Positions 23,994-37,319 are shown, numbered from the whole stretch's first letter. The stretch is DNA of 63,974 bases, filler included, from Octopus bimaculoides (GCF_001194135.2; 6 parts of 5 records of this genome joined end to end with filler, not necessarily neighbours in it); one strand, 5' to 3'. The notes: generated from the sequence alone by a model not told the origin. Translations and numbers: made by a program.

Positions 23994-24903
23994 TATGCTA
24001 TCTACATAGAGACCCAAGGTGATACGATTGTGTTCATGAATGTAAAGTAGGAGCGCATTAATATATGTCTGCTTGTTATGTGTCATATAAGCGGTCTTAG
24101 ATTAGAATACAACAGGCAGTATTTGAAATGTTTCAGAAGTCATCATTGCTGCGTTTCGACTGTTTTTAGGGTCACAATGTTATAACGGAAGGTTTTTCTT
24201 AACGCAGGACTGTTATCATAATGCGTTTGAACCTTTCTGCGCGCTCTTTCTCTCCCTTTCTCTCCCTTTCTCTCTCCCTTCATCTACCAATCTATCGACG
24301 TATTTATTTCTCCATTAATTGTAACAAAGTGATTCTCTTTTTCACAGCGAGGGAAAAAAATCTAACAGTGAGTTAACATCATATGTAGATCACTTCTACA
24401 AGAGTTCCAGAGGGGCCTGGTTTCAGTCATTGCTCAGAGATTTCAGATTTTGCAGAGTAGCACCAAGTTTTTCACGAGTAAGATTGATACAAGATAACTA
24501 GTTAGCATTATGGAGTACGCTATAGGGTATGTCTTCTTACATATCAACACACACACACACGCAAAAAAACAACACACACTACACAAACATACATATACAT
24601 ATATACATAAATGTATACACAAAGAAATATTTAATGTGTATATGTATGCAATATGTCACACATATATATACACATAAGATATATCATGAATATTAACATA
24701 TTTATAAATATGTTTTGTGTGCCTCTAACCTTGATGCACATAGACACAAGCACTAACATAGTCACAGATACAAATCAAACATTTAACCTCATTATTCATA
24801 TTCACACACGCGCGTGCACACACACACACACACAGATATATGATAGTTAACACATATTAACTACCATATATCTTGCTGACCTTGTAGTAAAATTTGAACC
24901 TAA

Positions 24904-24942
<39 letters not shown>

Positions 24943-25052
24943 CCTAACGCTTATTCTATCGGTTTCTTCTGGGAAACCGGAAAGTAAACACACCAACATC
25001 GGTTGTCAATCGGTGATGGGGAGAAGAAACACGCAGACAGACAGACAGACAG

Positions 25053-25083
<31 letters not shown>

Positions 25084-26115
25084 CGTATANNNNNNNNNNN
25101 NNNNNNNNNNNNNNNNNNNNNNNNNNNNNNNNNNNNNNNNNNNNNNNNNNNNNNNNNNNNNNNNNNNNNNNNNNNNNNNNNNNNNNNNNNNNNNNNNNNN
25201 NNNNNNNNNNNNNNNNNNNNNNNNNNNNNNNNNNNNNNNNNNNNNNNNNNNNNNNNNNNNNNNNNNNNNNNNNNNNNNNNNNNNNNNNNNNNNNNNNNNN
25301 NNNNNNNNNNNNNNNNNNNNNNNNNNNNNNNNNNNNNNNNNNNNNNNNNNNNNNNNNNNNNNNNNNNNNNNNNNNNNNNNNNNNNNNNNNNNNNNNNNNN
25401 NNNNNNNNNNNNNNNNNNNNNNNNNNNNNNNNNNNNNNNNNNNNNNNNNNNNNNNNNNNNNNNNNNNNNNNNNNNNNNNNNNNNNNNNNNNNNNNNNNNN
25501 NNNNNNNNNNNNNNNNNNNNNNNNNNNNNNNNNNNNNNNNNNNNNNNNNNNNNNNNNNNNNNNNNNNNNNNNNNNNNNNNNNNNNNNNNNNNNNNNNNNN
25601 NNNNNNNNNNNNNNNNNNNNNNNNNNNNNNNNNNNNNNNNNNNNNNNNNNNNNNNNNNNNNNNNNNNNNNNNNNNNNNNNNNNNNNNNNNNNNNNNNNNN
25701 NNNNNNNNNNNNNNNNNNNNNNNNNNNNNNNNNNNNNNNNNNNNNNNNNNNNNNNNNNNNNNNNNNNNNNNNNNNNNNNNNNNNNNNNNNNNNNNNNNNN
25801 NNNNNNNNNNNNNNNNNNNNNNNNNNNNNNNNNNNNNNNNNNNNNNNNNNNNNNNNNNNNNNNNNNNNNNNNNNNATATGTATGTATGTATACACGAACA
25901 CGCACACACATATATAGGTATGGCTATACGTACACACAAAAGCTTATCCTCAGGAAATGGTGTTTTTAATGTAAAGTAGAAATTTAGAGGATAGATTAAG
26001 GTCGTGTCATTGCCTGAGGTCATATTTCCCAAGCTGTTGACGATGATGCTGGAAGTGTTGAGGGCGACAATGCTGGTGCTGATGATGATGGTGACGATAG
26101 CGATGATGATGATGT

Positions 26116-26147
<32 letters not shown>

Positions 26148-26589
26148 CCTCCTTATTTCTGTTTTGTTTCTAATGTGCAATTTATTTACTCTTTGTGATT
26201 TACTGTGTCAAATGTCGTTCGCATACATATATCGCTCAACAACAACTGGTTAAATATGCATTTTTTTGCAACGGTGCTGTGCATTCAGTCTGCATCAATC
26301 TGCTGACACACAGACAGACAAAAAAAATAAAAGAAAAAAAAATGACTTCCCTTGTAATGCAGACTAACTTGTAACTTTACCCGTACACCCATGCAGTCAG
26401 ATTTTCGAGGTCTTCGTGATGTTTTTAGCTTTCTATCAAGTATGCCAAATGTTTGTATTTACATTCAAGCACATTACAAACGTTTTCTTAAAAATACAGG
26501 AAAATATTAGGAACCCAACATCTAGGCTTCCACACACACACACTCACACACAGTACACTTAATCCTATGTTATTGAAATGACGGTAAAG

Positions 26590-26920
26590 GCCGGAGAGAG
26601 GTGGTCAGACAGGAGAGCTAGGAAGAAGGGGAGATAAAAAAAGTACTAGTGGTGATCCCAAAACGAAGGTGCACGTGCGTGTGTATGTGCGTGTGGATAG
26701 GGGCTGGTGACCTTGATATGTGCGTGTGTGCATGTGTAGGTGTGTGGATGATGGTGCGGGTGCGGGTGCTAGGAAGTGGTCAGTGCTAGTGTGTGCACGG
26801 TGGTGTGATGTGGTGTGTTGTGGTATGGTGGTGTGTGGTGATGTGTGGTGTGTGGTGATGTGTGGTGTGGTGGTATGTGGTGTGGTGTAGTAGTGTTGGG
26901 GTGTGGAGGAGATACACACA
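26590..26920 (-). repeat. TG-rich tract with a short match to the Penelope-like spacer
   Basis: GGTGATCCCAAAACGAAGG resembles the reverse complement of 10688-10706 (CCTTTTGTTGGGATCACC) and is followed by TG-rich sequence. Confidence 0.45.
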
Positions 26921-26927
26921 TATATAC

Positions 26928-26977
<50 letters not shown>

Positions 26978-27589
26978 CATTTTTTATCCTTTTTTTTGTT
27001 CTTTTACTTGTTTCAGTGATTTGAGTGCGGTCATGCTGGAGGACAAAAACAAATTGAAAGCACATATACTTCATTGTGTTTGGTTTGCATGAATCTTCTT
27101 GTGACCTCGTGTGTTGAAACATATTCTGGTGTATCTTGGGCGGGTCATTATGCCAACAATAAACACACTCAACCGCTCTATTTCATTTCTCTATTATGAA
27201 TTGTCGATTGGTAAAACATTTGCCCATTTAACCATTTGGCTAATTGAATGTTTGATTCACCGTTCGGTCAATCAATCAATCAATCAATCAGTCTTGCGAC
27301 CACATGAATGACATGTCCTCTCTGCAACAGAATCTACACAGTGCACACACAAACGTGCGCACACGCACACACTCGTTCACTCTCGTTAAACAATCGCTTA
27401 CTTTACCGGTTAATTGGTTAATCAATTCAAAATAAAAATAAAGAAGTGAAATAGAATCAATGCGTGTGTTTATGGTTGGCATAATGATCATCTCGAGATA
27501 CAAAAGAAAGCGTCTATAAGCTTTGTTTAATACTATAAGTGAAATAAATGCAAAATATAAGCAAACAAATATTAATCTTTACCACTTTA

Positions 27590-27792
27590 GGCACAAGGCA
27601 CGAAATTATTTGGGGGAGTGGGCCAGTCGATTAGGTCGACCCCAGTACGCAAATAGTACTTAATTTATCGACTGCGAAAGAATGAAAGGCAAAGTTGACC
27701 TCAGCAGAATTTGAAGTCAGAACGTAAAGACAGATAAAATACTGCTAAGCATTTCGCCCGTCGTGCTAACATTTCTGCCAGCTCGCCGCCTT
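27590..27792 (-). mobile_element. SINE family C
   Basis: Full-length match to the family C copies, ending GCCAGCTCGCCGCC. Confidence 0.88.
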
Positions 27793-28078
27793 AGTAAACA
27801 GATATTAATACGATAACTGTTGCAGTAATGGGTTAGAGTTACAATATAATTAATTAGAAGTTAATTGACACAATTATAGAAATTTTCGAGTTCAGAATAA
27901 GAAAAAAGTGTTTCACTGATTACTGCAGAACATTTACATGCCTCAATAATTTATTGATTCCACGTTCGAAGCTTGCCCATAGCAGTCAGCGATCAAGTAT
28001 TTTATTACATCAGATTTCGATTTCGACCGATGCTTGTAAAAAATAAAAACCTTTATTTACATTCAGCTTTATGGGAAG

Positions 28079-28115
<37 letters not shown>

Positions 28116-28328
28116 ATACATTACAAACAGCTGTTTAATTTTCGCAGAAAATGTAACGATATTTGAGACCTATTTTAAATGTTGTGATATTGATCAGATA
28201 TTACGAAAAACCTGAGACATCAGTAGATCGCATCCTGTAAGAATTAGCATACACGAAGTACTTACTTTCAAAACCAAATATGTGCATCGGAATGGCTTTT
28301 GGGTAATTGAGGAAATTCAGTATCTAAA

Positions 28329-28629
28329 TACGAAGGTGAGTCAAAAAGTAATGCCATTTTGTTTAGGACAGGTATAATTACCAACACAGGAACATGTATC
28401 ATACATCAAAATGAAGCTGGACCTCTGTGGATCACATCCCTACTTCTCAAGATAGTCACCGTTTCTTTCAATAGCAATGTTCCACCTTCGAATGAGAGCA
28501 TGTATCACTGCCCCGTAAAATTCTGTTGATTGTTCTTTGAGCCACTTCTTCACTACAGTTTTCACTTCCTCGTCACAGGACTATCATCTCTTCGGCCCCA
28601 TGAAAGAGGGCTTGGGAGGCAAACATTAT
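28329..28629 (-). mobile_element. Mariner 3' end fragment with a flipped internal segment
   Basis: TIR-like TACGAAGGTGAGTCAAAAAGTAATGCC. The minus strand reads DEEVKTVVKKWLKEQSTEFY..ALIRRWNIAIERNGDYLEK*. The plus strand at 28579-28629 reads DYHLFGPMKEGLGGKHY. Confidence 0.8.
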
Positions 28630-29548
28630 TCAAAAGTGTAGTAAGTCTTACATACGTCAGTTTTGCAGAAATATTTCCAAGTGAAGATATATCATACATG
28701 CATGGAGCTACGATTTTATGCGCCCAACAAAGTACTATTGTGAAGATGAAACTGTTGCTAATGTAAAAAGAAATTGAATGGTGAAACTATTTTTTCGTTT
28801 TCTGAAATAAGCAACATCTTGAACTCNNNNNNNNNNNNNNNNNNNNNNNNNNNNNNNNNNNNNNNNNNNNNNNNNNNNNNNNNNNNNNNNNNNNNNNNNN
28901 NNNNNNNNNNNNNNNNNNNNNNNNNNNNNNNNNNNNNNNNNNNNNNNNNNNNNNNNNNNNNNNNNNNNNNNNNNNNNNNNNNNNNNNNNNNNNNNNNNNN
29001 NNNNNNNNNNNNNNNNNNNNNNNNNNNNNNNNNNNNNNNNNNNNNNNNNNNNNNNNNNNNNNNNNNNNNNNNNNNNNNNNNNNNNNNNNNNNNNNNNNNN
29101 NNNNNNNNNNNNNNNNNNNNNNNNNNNNNNNNNNNNNNNNNNNNNNNNNNNNNNNNNNNNNNNNNNNNNNNNNNNNNNNNNNNNNNNNNNNNNNNNNNNN
29201 NNNNNNNNNNNNNNNNNNNNNNNNNNNNNNNNNNNNNNNNNNNNNNNNNNNNNNNNNNNNNNNNNNNNNNNNNNNNNNNNNNNNNNNNNNNNNNNNNNNN
29301 NNNNNNNNNNNNNNNNNNNNNNNNNNNNNNNNNNNNNNNNNNNNNNNNNNNNNNNNNNNNNNNNNNNNNNNNNNNNNNNNNNNNNNNNNNNNNNNNNNNN
29401 NNNNNNNNNNNNNNNNNNNNNNNNNNNNNNNNNNNNNNNNNNNNNNNNNNNNNNNNNNNNNNNNNNNNNNNNNNNNNNNNNNNNNNNNNNNNNNNNNNNN
29501 NNNNNNNNNNNNNNNNNNNNNNNNNNNNNNNNNNNNNNNNNNNNNNNN

Positions 29549-29585
<37 letters not shown>

Positions 29586-30221
29586 TACAAACATGCGTAT
29601 ACACACACACACACATACGTGTATGTATATATGTATGATTGTATGCATACGCATATGTACATGGATATACATTTGTATACTGAAGTGTGTAAGCTTGCAC
29701 GCACCTTCGTGTTTTTAATGTATGTTGTATATAATGTCACTACATCCGGGTCTGTCAAAATACAACCAATAAACTGTGAAACAGATGGTCTGTGGAGATA
29801 ACACTTAATCCCCATGTAGTACATTTATACAGTGTTATTGAAGCCCAATTAACCACTACACATTGTTTCATTGGCGGGTTTTTAGTTCAATCCCAACTCT
29901 CAGTTGTCCATTAACAATGGCGCCCTTTCTTATGTTTCATTCATATAAGCAATGTTGTAAACAATTTGTATGTTTGTCTCCACTATTTACATGTTTCTCT
30001 TTCTGGTAATTGTATCGGCTAGAAATAGTAGCCAAACATCGATAAAATTGTAATCTGCTGTGTAAGATAATATGACATATTACATAATGCGTTGTTATAA
30101 ATTCCTCTCAAAAGGAGGAATAGTCACGGCTGGCGTGCATTTGATAAAATATTTACTGGTCTGGAAGGAACAGAAATACATCATGAACGTCGATTCAACT
30201 AATTTTTTCATTTATCTCTTT

Positions 30222-30590
30222 TATTTCTTTCAGTCATTTGACTGTGCCCAAGCTGGGGCACCACCTTTAGTCGAACAAATCGACCCCAGGACTTATTCAA
30301 TCGGTGACTTTTGTCGAACCGCTAGGTTACGGGAACGTAAACGCACCAGCATCGGTTGTCAAGCGATGTTGTAGGGGAGGAATGCAAATACAGACACGAG
30401 CGCGCGCGCGCACACACACACACATATATACGACGAGCTTCTTTCAGTTTCCGTCTACTGAATCCACTCACAAGGTTTTGGTGGGCCGGAGGCTATAGTA
30501 GAAGACACTTGCCTAAGATGCCACGCAGTGGGACCGAACCCAGAACCATGTGGTTGATAAGCAAGCTACTTACCACACAGCCACTCCTAC
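30222..30590 (-). mobile_element. SINE family B
   Basis: Matches other family B copies, with an internal (CG)n(CA)n(TA)n block at ~30395-30430. Confidence 0.88.
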
Positions 30591-30659
30591 ATATATATAT
30601 AAAGAGGTACATACAAACACACCTTTACATGAATATATATATATATTTATATATATAGT

Positions 30660-30860
30660 AAATCCCAAAAAGAATAACAAACACAAAAAGAATAACAAAC
30701 ACAAAAAGCAACAACAGCGTGAGGTTGTGGTACATGTAAAGTATTAGCAGACGCCCAGGGAAGGAAAGAAAGATGGTTCAACGTTTCGAGCAGACGCTCT
30801 TCTTCAGAAATAGAAGAAAGTCCAATAGAAGGGAAGACGGAGGAAGAAAAAATTATATGT
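30660..30860 (-). mobile_element. Short Penelope-type HHR terminus next to a TA-rich tract
   Basis: Same order of motifs as 51152-51345 and 61508-61680 (A-rich end, GTATTAG..GACGCCC..GAAGGAAAG, HHR). Confidence 0.65.
30777..30810 (-). ncRNA. Minimal type I hammerhead ribozyme, canonical core
   Basis: UUU-CUGAAGA-A-GAGC(GUCU)GCUC-GAAAC-GUU-GAA. Stem III is the palindrome ACGU with no loop. Stem I is only 3 bp (one G-U). Confidence 0.75.
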
Positions 30861-31094
30861 AGCTAATATATGTGTAAAAATGTTTAATTTGGAGGTTTCC
30901 AAAACAGAATTCTAATATTGGTTCTTTATATTTTGCTGATAGTTTACAGGCTTAAAATTTGTGAATATGAAAATAATACTTGTATATGATGTGTTGTGAA
31001 TTTATGGAAAAAAATTTCATAAAACTCAAAATTTTGTTAAAAATGGAAAAGAGATGTCAAAATTTATATGAGCATTTTAATTCACCAATGTGGT

Positions 31095-31302
31095 AAGCTG
31101 GTAGAAACATTAGTACGCCGGGCGAAATGCTTAGCGGCATTTCGTCTGTCGTTACGTTCTGAGTTCAAATTCCGCCAAGGTCGACTTTGCCTTTCATCCT
31201 TTCGAGGTCGAATAAATTAAGTAGCAGTTGCGTACTGGGGTCGATCTAATCGACTGGTCCCCTCCCCCAAAATTTCGGGCTTTGCGCCCAGAGTAGAAAA
31301 GA
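31095..31302 (+). mobile_element. SINE family C (well-preserved copy)
   Basis: CTGGTAGAAACATTAG (A-box-like), GAGTTCAAATTCC (B-box), central GCCTTTCATCCTTTCGAGGTCGAATAAATTAAGTAG, tail GGGCTTTGCGCCCAGAGTAGAAAAGA. Confidence 0.88.
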
Positions 31303-31384
31303 ATATACATTCTCACCAATATGTACATACATGCATACATACGTACATACATACAGGCACGTAGGTATGTGTATGTATATATCA

Positions 31385-31418
<34 letters not shown>

Positions 31419-32389
31419 TCATCTATTGATATACATATATATACTCATAAACGTATATGCATATATATATATATATATATNNNNNNNNNNNNNNNNNNNN
31501 NNNNNNNNNNNNNNNNNNNNNNNNTTAATTAATTAANNNNNNNNNNNNNNNNNNNNNNNNNNNNNNNNNNNNNNNNNNNNTAACCCCCCCTTTCACCTCC
31601 CCTCCTTCAACACATTGAGCACACACACACACACACATCTACATCTACACACATGCATATATCTACACACACACACACACACATATCTACATGCATGTAT
31701 ATATGCTTATAACTACACACGCACACTACACACATCTACAAGCTCGCTCACACACACACACATCTACACACATGCATATATCTACACACACACACACACA
31801 TATCTACATGCATGCATATATGCTTATAACTACACACGCACACATTACACACACACAAACACACACATCTCCAAGCTTGCTCTCACACACACACACACGC
31901 ATATATATACCAATGTGTTTTGTTTCATGTGTCACTAGGTTAGTAGGTCAGGTGTCCATAACTCCCCCTCCCTCTTCTCCCCCCCTCTCTCTGTCTCCAG
32001 TTCTAAAACTTGCCTACTTCTTTTCTCTGTCCCCACCCCCNNNNNNNNNNNNNNNNNNNNNNNNNNNNNNNNNNNNNNNNNNNNNNNNNNNNNNNNNNNN
32101 NNNNNNNNNNNNNNNNNNNNNNNNNNNNNNNNNNNNNNNNNNNNNNNNNNNNNNNNNNNNNNNNNNNNNNNNNNNNNNNNNNNNNNNNNNNNNNNNNNNN
32201 NNNNNNNNNNNNNNNNNNNNNNNNNNNNNNNNNNNNNNNNNNNNNNNNNNNNNNNNNNNNNNNNNNNNNNNNNNNNNNNNNNNNNNNNNNNNNNNNNNNN
32301 NNNNNNNNNNNNNNNNGGGATTTCTTGCAGTAGTCCTCCTGCTCCCCCCCCCCAACCACACAATCGTTATTGTTGTTGTTGTTGTGATC

Positions 32390-32940
32390 AGATAACAGGA
32401 TCACCGCCACCGCCACCACCACCGTCATCTCACTCCCATCCCCATTCTCTGCATTCCAGCGTCGCCACCGCCAGTGCAGCCGGTGCCACCACCACCACCA
32501 CCACCACTACACATCATCACAATACTTATTATTTGCAAGACCACCACGCTACCACTACCCATACATACAGCAGCAACACTTCTACTACCACCTACACTGT
32601 TACTTCTAACTTTATCACCACCACCACCAAAACACCATGACCACCGCTATAGCAACGCCTACCACACCACCAGCCGCTACAACACAGACACTATTACTTA
32701 TAGCATTGTCACCACTAGCACCACTACTACACAACTACTGCTGCACCACCAGTAATGCAACAGCCCCACCATCACTACCGCACTAGCACTACACCACACC
32801 GATACTGTCAGCAGCACAAGTCCCTTCGCTACCACAACCACCATCACCACCACAAGCACCATCACCACCACCACCACAACCACCACCACAACCTCCATCA
32901 CCATCACCACCACTATTGCTACAACCACCATCGCCATCTG
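32390..32940. repeat. (CAC/CAT/ACT)n low-complexity trinucleotide tract
   Basis: Directly visible. Yields only His/Thr/Pro homopolymer-like ORFs. Confidence 0.8.
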
Positions 32941-33743
32941 TTTGACCCCGTGCAACTGTAGATCCTTGGTTGGTGCAACAAAGGAGACAGCATGTTGCTA
33001 CTTCTCNNNNNNNNNNNNNNNNNNNNNNNNNNNNNNNNNNNNNNNNNNNNNNNNNNNNNNNNNNNNNNNNNNNNNNNNNNNNGGCCTCCACTGCACCACT
33101 GTGACCTATTGACCGTTTGACCAGTCTGTCCCATGCGGAAACCAAGGGACTGGGCGGGCATATGGGTGGTTAGTAGGTGGGGAGGTGGCACCTACGCTGC
33201 CACCACCACCGATCCACCACCACCACCACCACCACCACCTTCTTCTGTAGAACATCTCTCATCTATGTTAACACTTCTACAGTAACCACCAACACCACCA
33301 CTACCTTCTATATGGATGCCTAACCTGTTAGAAATGGCAGCCAAATCTCCCTTATATCGCACTCTATTGCAGGCATGGGCAACTTTTTTTTGAAGAAGTG
33401 GGCTGCATGAAGTGGTCCATCATCAGGCAGGCTGCACTACCTAAAAGAAAGTTGATGGGAACCTTTTTGCTAGATATACCATTCAGAAAGTCCCACAGAT
33501 CACGGCTCTTGTAAATGAAGGACATGCCATACATCTGAGAAGGATCTCACATGGCAAATGCCGCTGTTTCCAACATTCTTATATATCCACGTTAAGTAAG
33601 ATACTAAGATTGTCTTTCAGTTTAAATACTACTTTTTTTTGCTAATATTTTTTTAATAAGCCTGATAACTATTTGTGACATCAGTGACTGGAAAGTCACT
33701 GTTATTCTATATATTGTTGGCAGTGAGATTTGGCTGGTAAGCA

Positions 33744-34085
33744 GTGATAGGGTACCTGCCTCTGATAAAGCACAGTACGCTGAAATGATGTGATCTGACA
33801 GTTCTGGTATGTGGTGATAGGGTACCTGNNNNNNNNNNTGATAAAGCACAGTACGCTGAAATGATGTGATCTGACAGTTCTGGTATGTGGTGATAGGGTA
33901 CCTGCCTCTGATAAAGCACAGTATACTGAAATGATGTGATCTGACAGTTCTGGTATGTGGTGATAGGGTACCTGCCTCTGATAAAGCACAGTACGCTGAA
34001 ATGATGTGATCTGACAGTTCTGGTATGCTGTGATAGGGTACCTGCCTCTGATAAAGCACAGTACGCTGAAATGATGTGATCTGGC
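33744..34085 (+). repeat. 70-bp minisatellite, about five near-identical copies
   Basis: Unit GTGATAGGGTACCTGCCTCTGATAAAGCACAGTACGCTGAAATGATGTGATCTGACAGTTCTGGTATGTG starts at 33744, 33814, 33890 (after a 10-N gap), 33960 and 34030. Confidence 0.95.
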
Positions 34086-34239
34086 AGCCATATAAGTTGG
34101 TTCTCATCTGTTAGAAATACATTCTAAAAATAAACAATCACCTCATCAAAATCTCAAAGCTATAAGATAATACGTGATTAATTCAAAACAGTGTAAATAA
34201 AAGGGAGTTATCTAAATGTTCAGGGGTTGATCTTGTCCT

Positions 34240-34590
34240 TGGTAACAGAACCAATGCTCAAGGTTAAATTATATTTATCTGCTTGCATCTTCCACATCCG
34301 ATTTAGTGAGGGCTTCACATTGTTTCTCATTTTTCTGGCAATTTCTGGGCTTTTTCTTTTTTTTTTTCCTTTCTGTGTTCTGGTTTGGTTTGTCGCATTG
34401 AACACTCCTCGTTTTCAACCGACACTTGACCAGCCTTGAAATGTGGGTGCCACTCGAAAAAACCTCTATTTAAAGCCATAAGAACCAGAACGAGAGTGTT
34501 TCGAAAGGTGTCAGTCGCAGGTTTGTCACGTTGCTTCATCTGAAATTTGTTGAGGACACGTTGCTTGGATTTTATTGGGTCACACATTAC
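34240..34590 (-). mobile_element. Highly decayed mariner transposase N-terminal (HTH) remnant
   Basis: KQRVLNKF..KPATDTF..FFEWHPHFKAGQVSVENEECS resembles the EQR.CIKF..K.ATET..FEWH.RFK.G..SVED..RS mariner pattern. Confidence 0.6.
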
Positions 34591-34599
34591 AAAACCTCT

Positions 34600-34960
34600 G
34601 CTTTACCTCATTTCAATTGCTTGACTGTGACCATACTGGAGCACTGCCTTGAAGGGTTTTAGTCAAACAAATCAACCCCAAAACATTTTTTTAACTTGGT
34701 ACTTAATTTGTTAATCTCATTTTGCCAAACCGCTAAGCTATAGGGATGTAAACAAACCAACACTGGTTGTCAAGCAGTATTAGGGGACAAACACAAAGAC
34801 ATGTATTCAAAAGCTTCCACACGATTTCTATTAACCAAATTCACTCACAATGCATCGATCAGCTTGGGGTTGTAGTAGAAGACCCTGGCCAAAGTTGCCA
34901 TACAGCAGGATTGAACCTGAGACCATATGGTTGCAAAGCAGGCTTCTTAACCACACAGTC
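34600..34960 (-). mobile_element. SINE family B (diverged)
   Basis: Family B body motifs (TTGACTGTGACCATACTGGAGCAC..GTAGAAGAC..AACCACACAG). Confidence 0.75.
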
Positions 34961-35069
34961 GTTCCTGCCCCTTAGAGAAAGTATCAGAAAGAGTACTTTA
35001 GCCTATGATCTTCAAAAAACGTACCTCAATGTAAACCTTCAGTCCTCCAGCAGTGCAAAACTTGAAACG

Positions 35070-35200
35070 TAGCTCCGTGGCCGAGTGGTTTGAAGTGATG
35101 AGCTCAGGATCATCAGGATGTAGGTTCAATTCCTTGATAAGGCAGCATGTTGTATCCTTGAACCAGGTACTTATTTTCACTTACTGGTTTCTGTCTACTT
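35070..35200 (+). mobile_element. tRNA-like SINE head of a further family
   Basis: A-box TGGCCGAGTGG, B-box GGTTCAATTCC, then TGTTGTATCCTTGAACCAGGTACTT. No closing acceptor stem, so not a tRNA gene. Confidence 0.6.
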
Positions 35201-35620
35201 GGCAGAAATAAACACCGGCCAAATACTGCTGTTGAGTGAGAGCAGTGGCAGTTGCTGACTGCCCCAGCATGGCCACAGACCAATGGCTGAAAGAAATGAA
35301 AGATAAATGAAACCAGGTCTAGGCCAGTTACTGCTAGCAGTATGTGTGTGTGTGAATGTATAATGTGTGTCTATTTTCGGTTGTCTACTGGCAGTGTGTG
35401 TATGTATAAACCGACTTGTCCTCTTAAATCAAGTTTTCCCAGCTGGAGACACTTTTGATACCATTGACACTGTAACACCTGCAGTGAACCATTTTGTGGT
35501 TCACTGCATTTGTGATCCAATTGCAATGATTAACCCATTTGAAACTTATATCCAGCAGAGCTATTGTACACAAACTGCCACACAATGTTACACCCTACCG
35601 TCATGAAATATACATATCTA

Positions 35621-35659
<39 letters not shown>

Positions 35660-35830
35660 NNNNNNNNNNNNNNNNNNNNNNNNNNNNNNNNNNNNNNNNN
35701 NNNTTAATTAATTAANNNNNNNNNNNNNNNNNNNNNNNNNNNNNNNNNNNNNNNNNNNNATATATATGTTTGTATATATGTATGTATATATGTTTGTATA
35801 TATGTATGTATATATGTATGTATGTATATA

Positions 35831-35859
<29 letters not shown>

Positions 35860-35867
<8 letters not shown>

Positions 35868-36212
35868 TCAGTCATTTGATTGTAGCTGTGCTGGAGAACT
35901 GCCTTTAGTTCAGCAAATCAACTCCAGAACTTATCCTTTGGAAGCCTAGTACTCATTCTATCTGCGTTTTTTGCTGAGCCACTATGGGGGGCAAATACAG
36001 ACATGCACATACATACATACATACATATACACACACACACACACACACGATGAGCTTCTCCCAGTTTCCATCTACCAAATCCACACACAAGGCTTTGGTC
36101 GGCCCGTGGCTATAGTAGAGGACACTTGCGCAAGGTTACACACAGTGGGACTGAACCCACAACCATGTTGTTGGTAAGCAAGCTATTTATCACACAGCCA
36201 CTCCTGCGCCTA
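35860..36212 (-). mobile_element. SINE family B
   Basis: Ends CACACAGCCACTCCTGCGCC then (TA)n. Internal (CATA)n(CA)n. Confidence 0.85.
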
Positions 36213-36270
36213 TATATATGTATATATGCGTATGTGTGTGTATACATGTACATATATGTATGTGTTTATT

Positions 36271-36349
<79 letters not shown>

Positions 36350-36422
36350 ATATATATATATATATATATATGAAAATAAAAAATAATAATAAGACAGAAC
36401 GCTAAACTGAAAGCATTATATA

Positions 36423-36458
<36 letters not shown>

Positions 36459-37284
36459 TATATATGTGTGTGTGTGTGTGTGTGTGTATAATAGCTGTTG
36501 GACCTGACATTGCTCCTGTTTTCCATGTTGAAGTTAAACTCACCTCTGACCTTGTATTGAAATCTTCTGCATTTCCCGTGCCAACTATTACCCATTAAGA
36601 CGTTATATCTGGTACGGCAGGTTGTTGCAGGATGAGTTGATGTGTGGCAGGTGGAGGAAAAATTGTCAGAGCAGACGATGGAGTTTTGTTGATGGAGCAG
36701 AGTTTTTGCAGCCGACAATGGTGCAGTGAAGTGAGGCTGAAGTAAGAAAATTTTATTAAAATCAGATGGAAAATATAAAAAGTTACGGCCAAAAATAAAA
36801 TCCCTATGGGTATTTGCATGCAAAAGCCTATTGATTTTATAAAACCACTACTCTGGCACAATTATTGATTCTTTGTCAATGCTATATAATGACATCAACT
36901 CACTACCATGAGCCTCGCTCATTCATCGATTTTCATCAAAATCTGCAATAGCTGCAGGAAAAATAACATCACTATGGGAATTTCCATTCAAACGCCTGAT
37001 TGAGCTCACAAAAATTGATGCCAACTAAGCATTATCGAGGATTTGAAAAATTCCAACCTTATTTGAACTACCTATGTGTCAAAAATCATTAAAATCAGTT
37101 GGACGGTGTGGAAGGAGTTAGAGTAACTCCAAACACAGACACAGACAGATACCATTAGACATTTATGTATATATATTTAAGAGTGTGTGTGTATATATAT
37201 ACATATATATACATACATANNNNNNNNNNNNNNNNNNNNNNNNNNNNNNNNNNNNNNNNNNNNNNNNNNNNNNNNNNNNNNNNN

Positions 37285-37319
<35 letters not shown>

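Noticed and set aside
24130-24180. Minus-strand GAC..GTC-GAAAC with flanking CATTG/CAATG pairing
   Set aside because: The CUGANGA core is missing, so it cannot be called an HHR.
33744-34085. 70-bp array as CRISPR or tandem C/D snoRNAs
   Set aside because: There are no unique spacers and no cas genes, and the context is eukaryotic. The box C match is imperfect (ATGATGT) and there is no terminal stem.
36600-36736. THAP-like peptide fragments (CTIVGCKNS, IVCSDNF, AVPDI)
   Set aside because: The motifs fall in three different frames, two of them overlap the same nucleotides, and the zinc-ligand His is absent.
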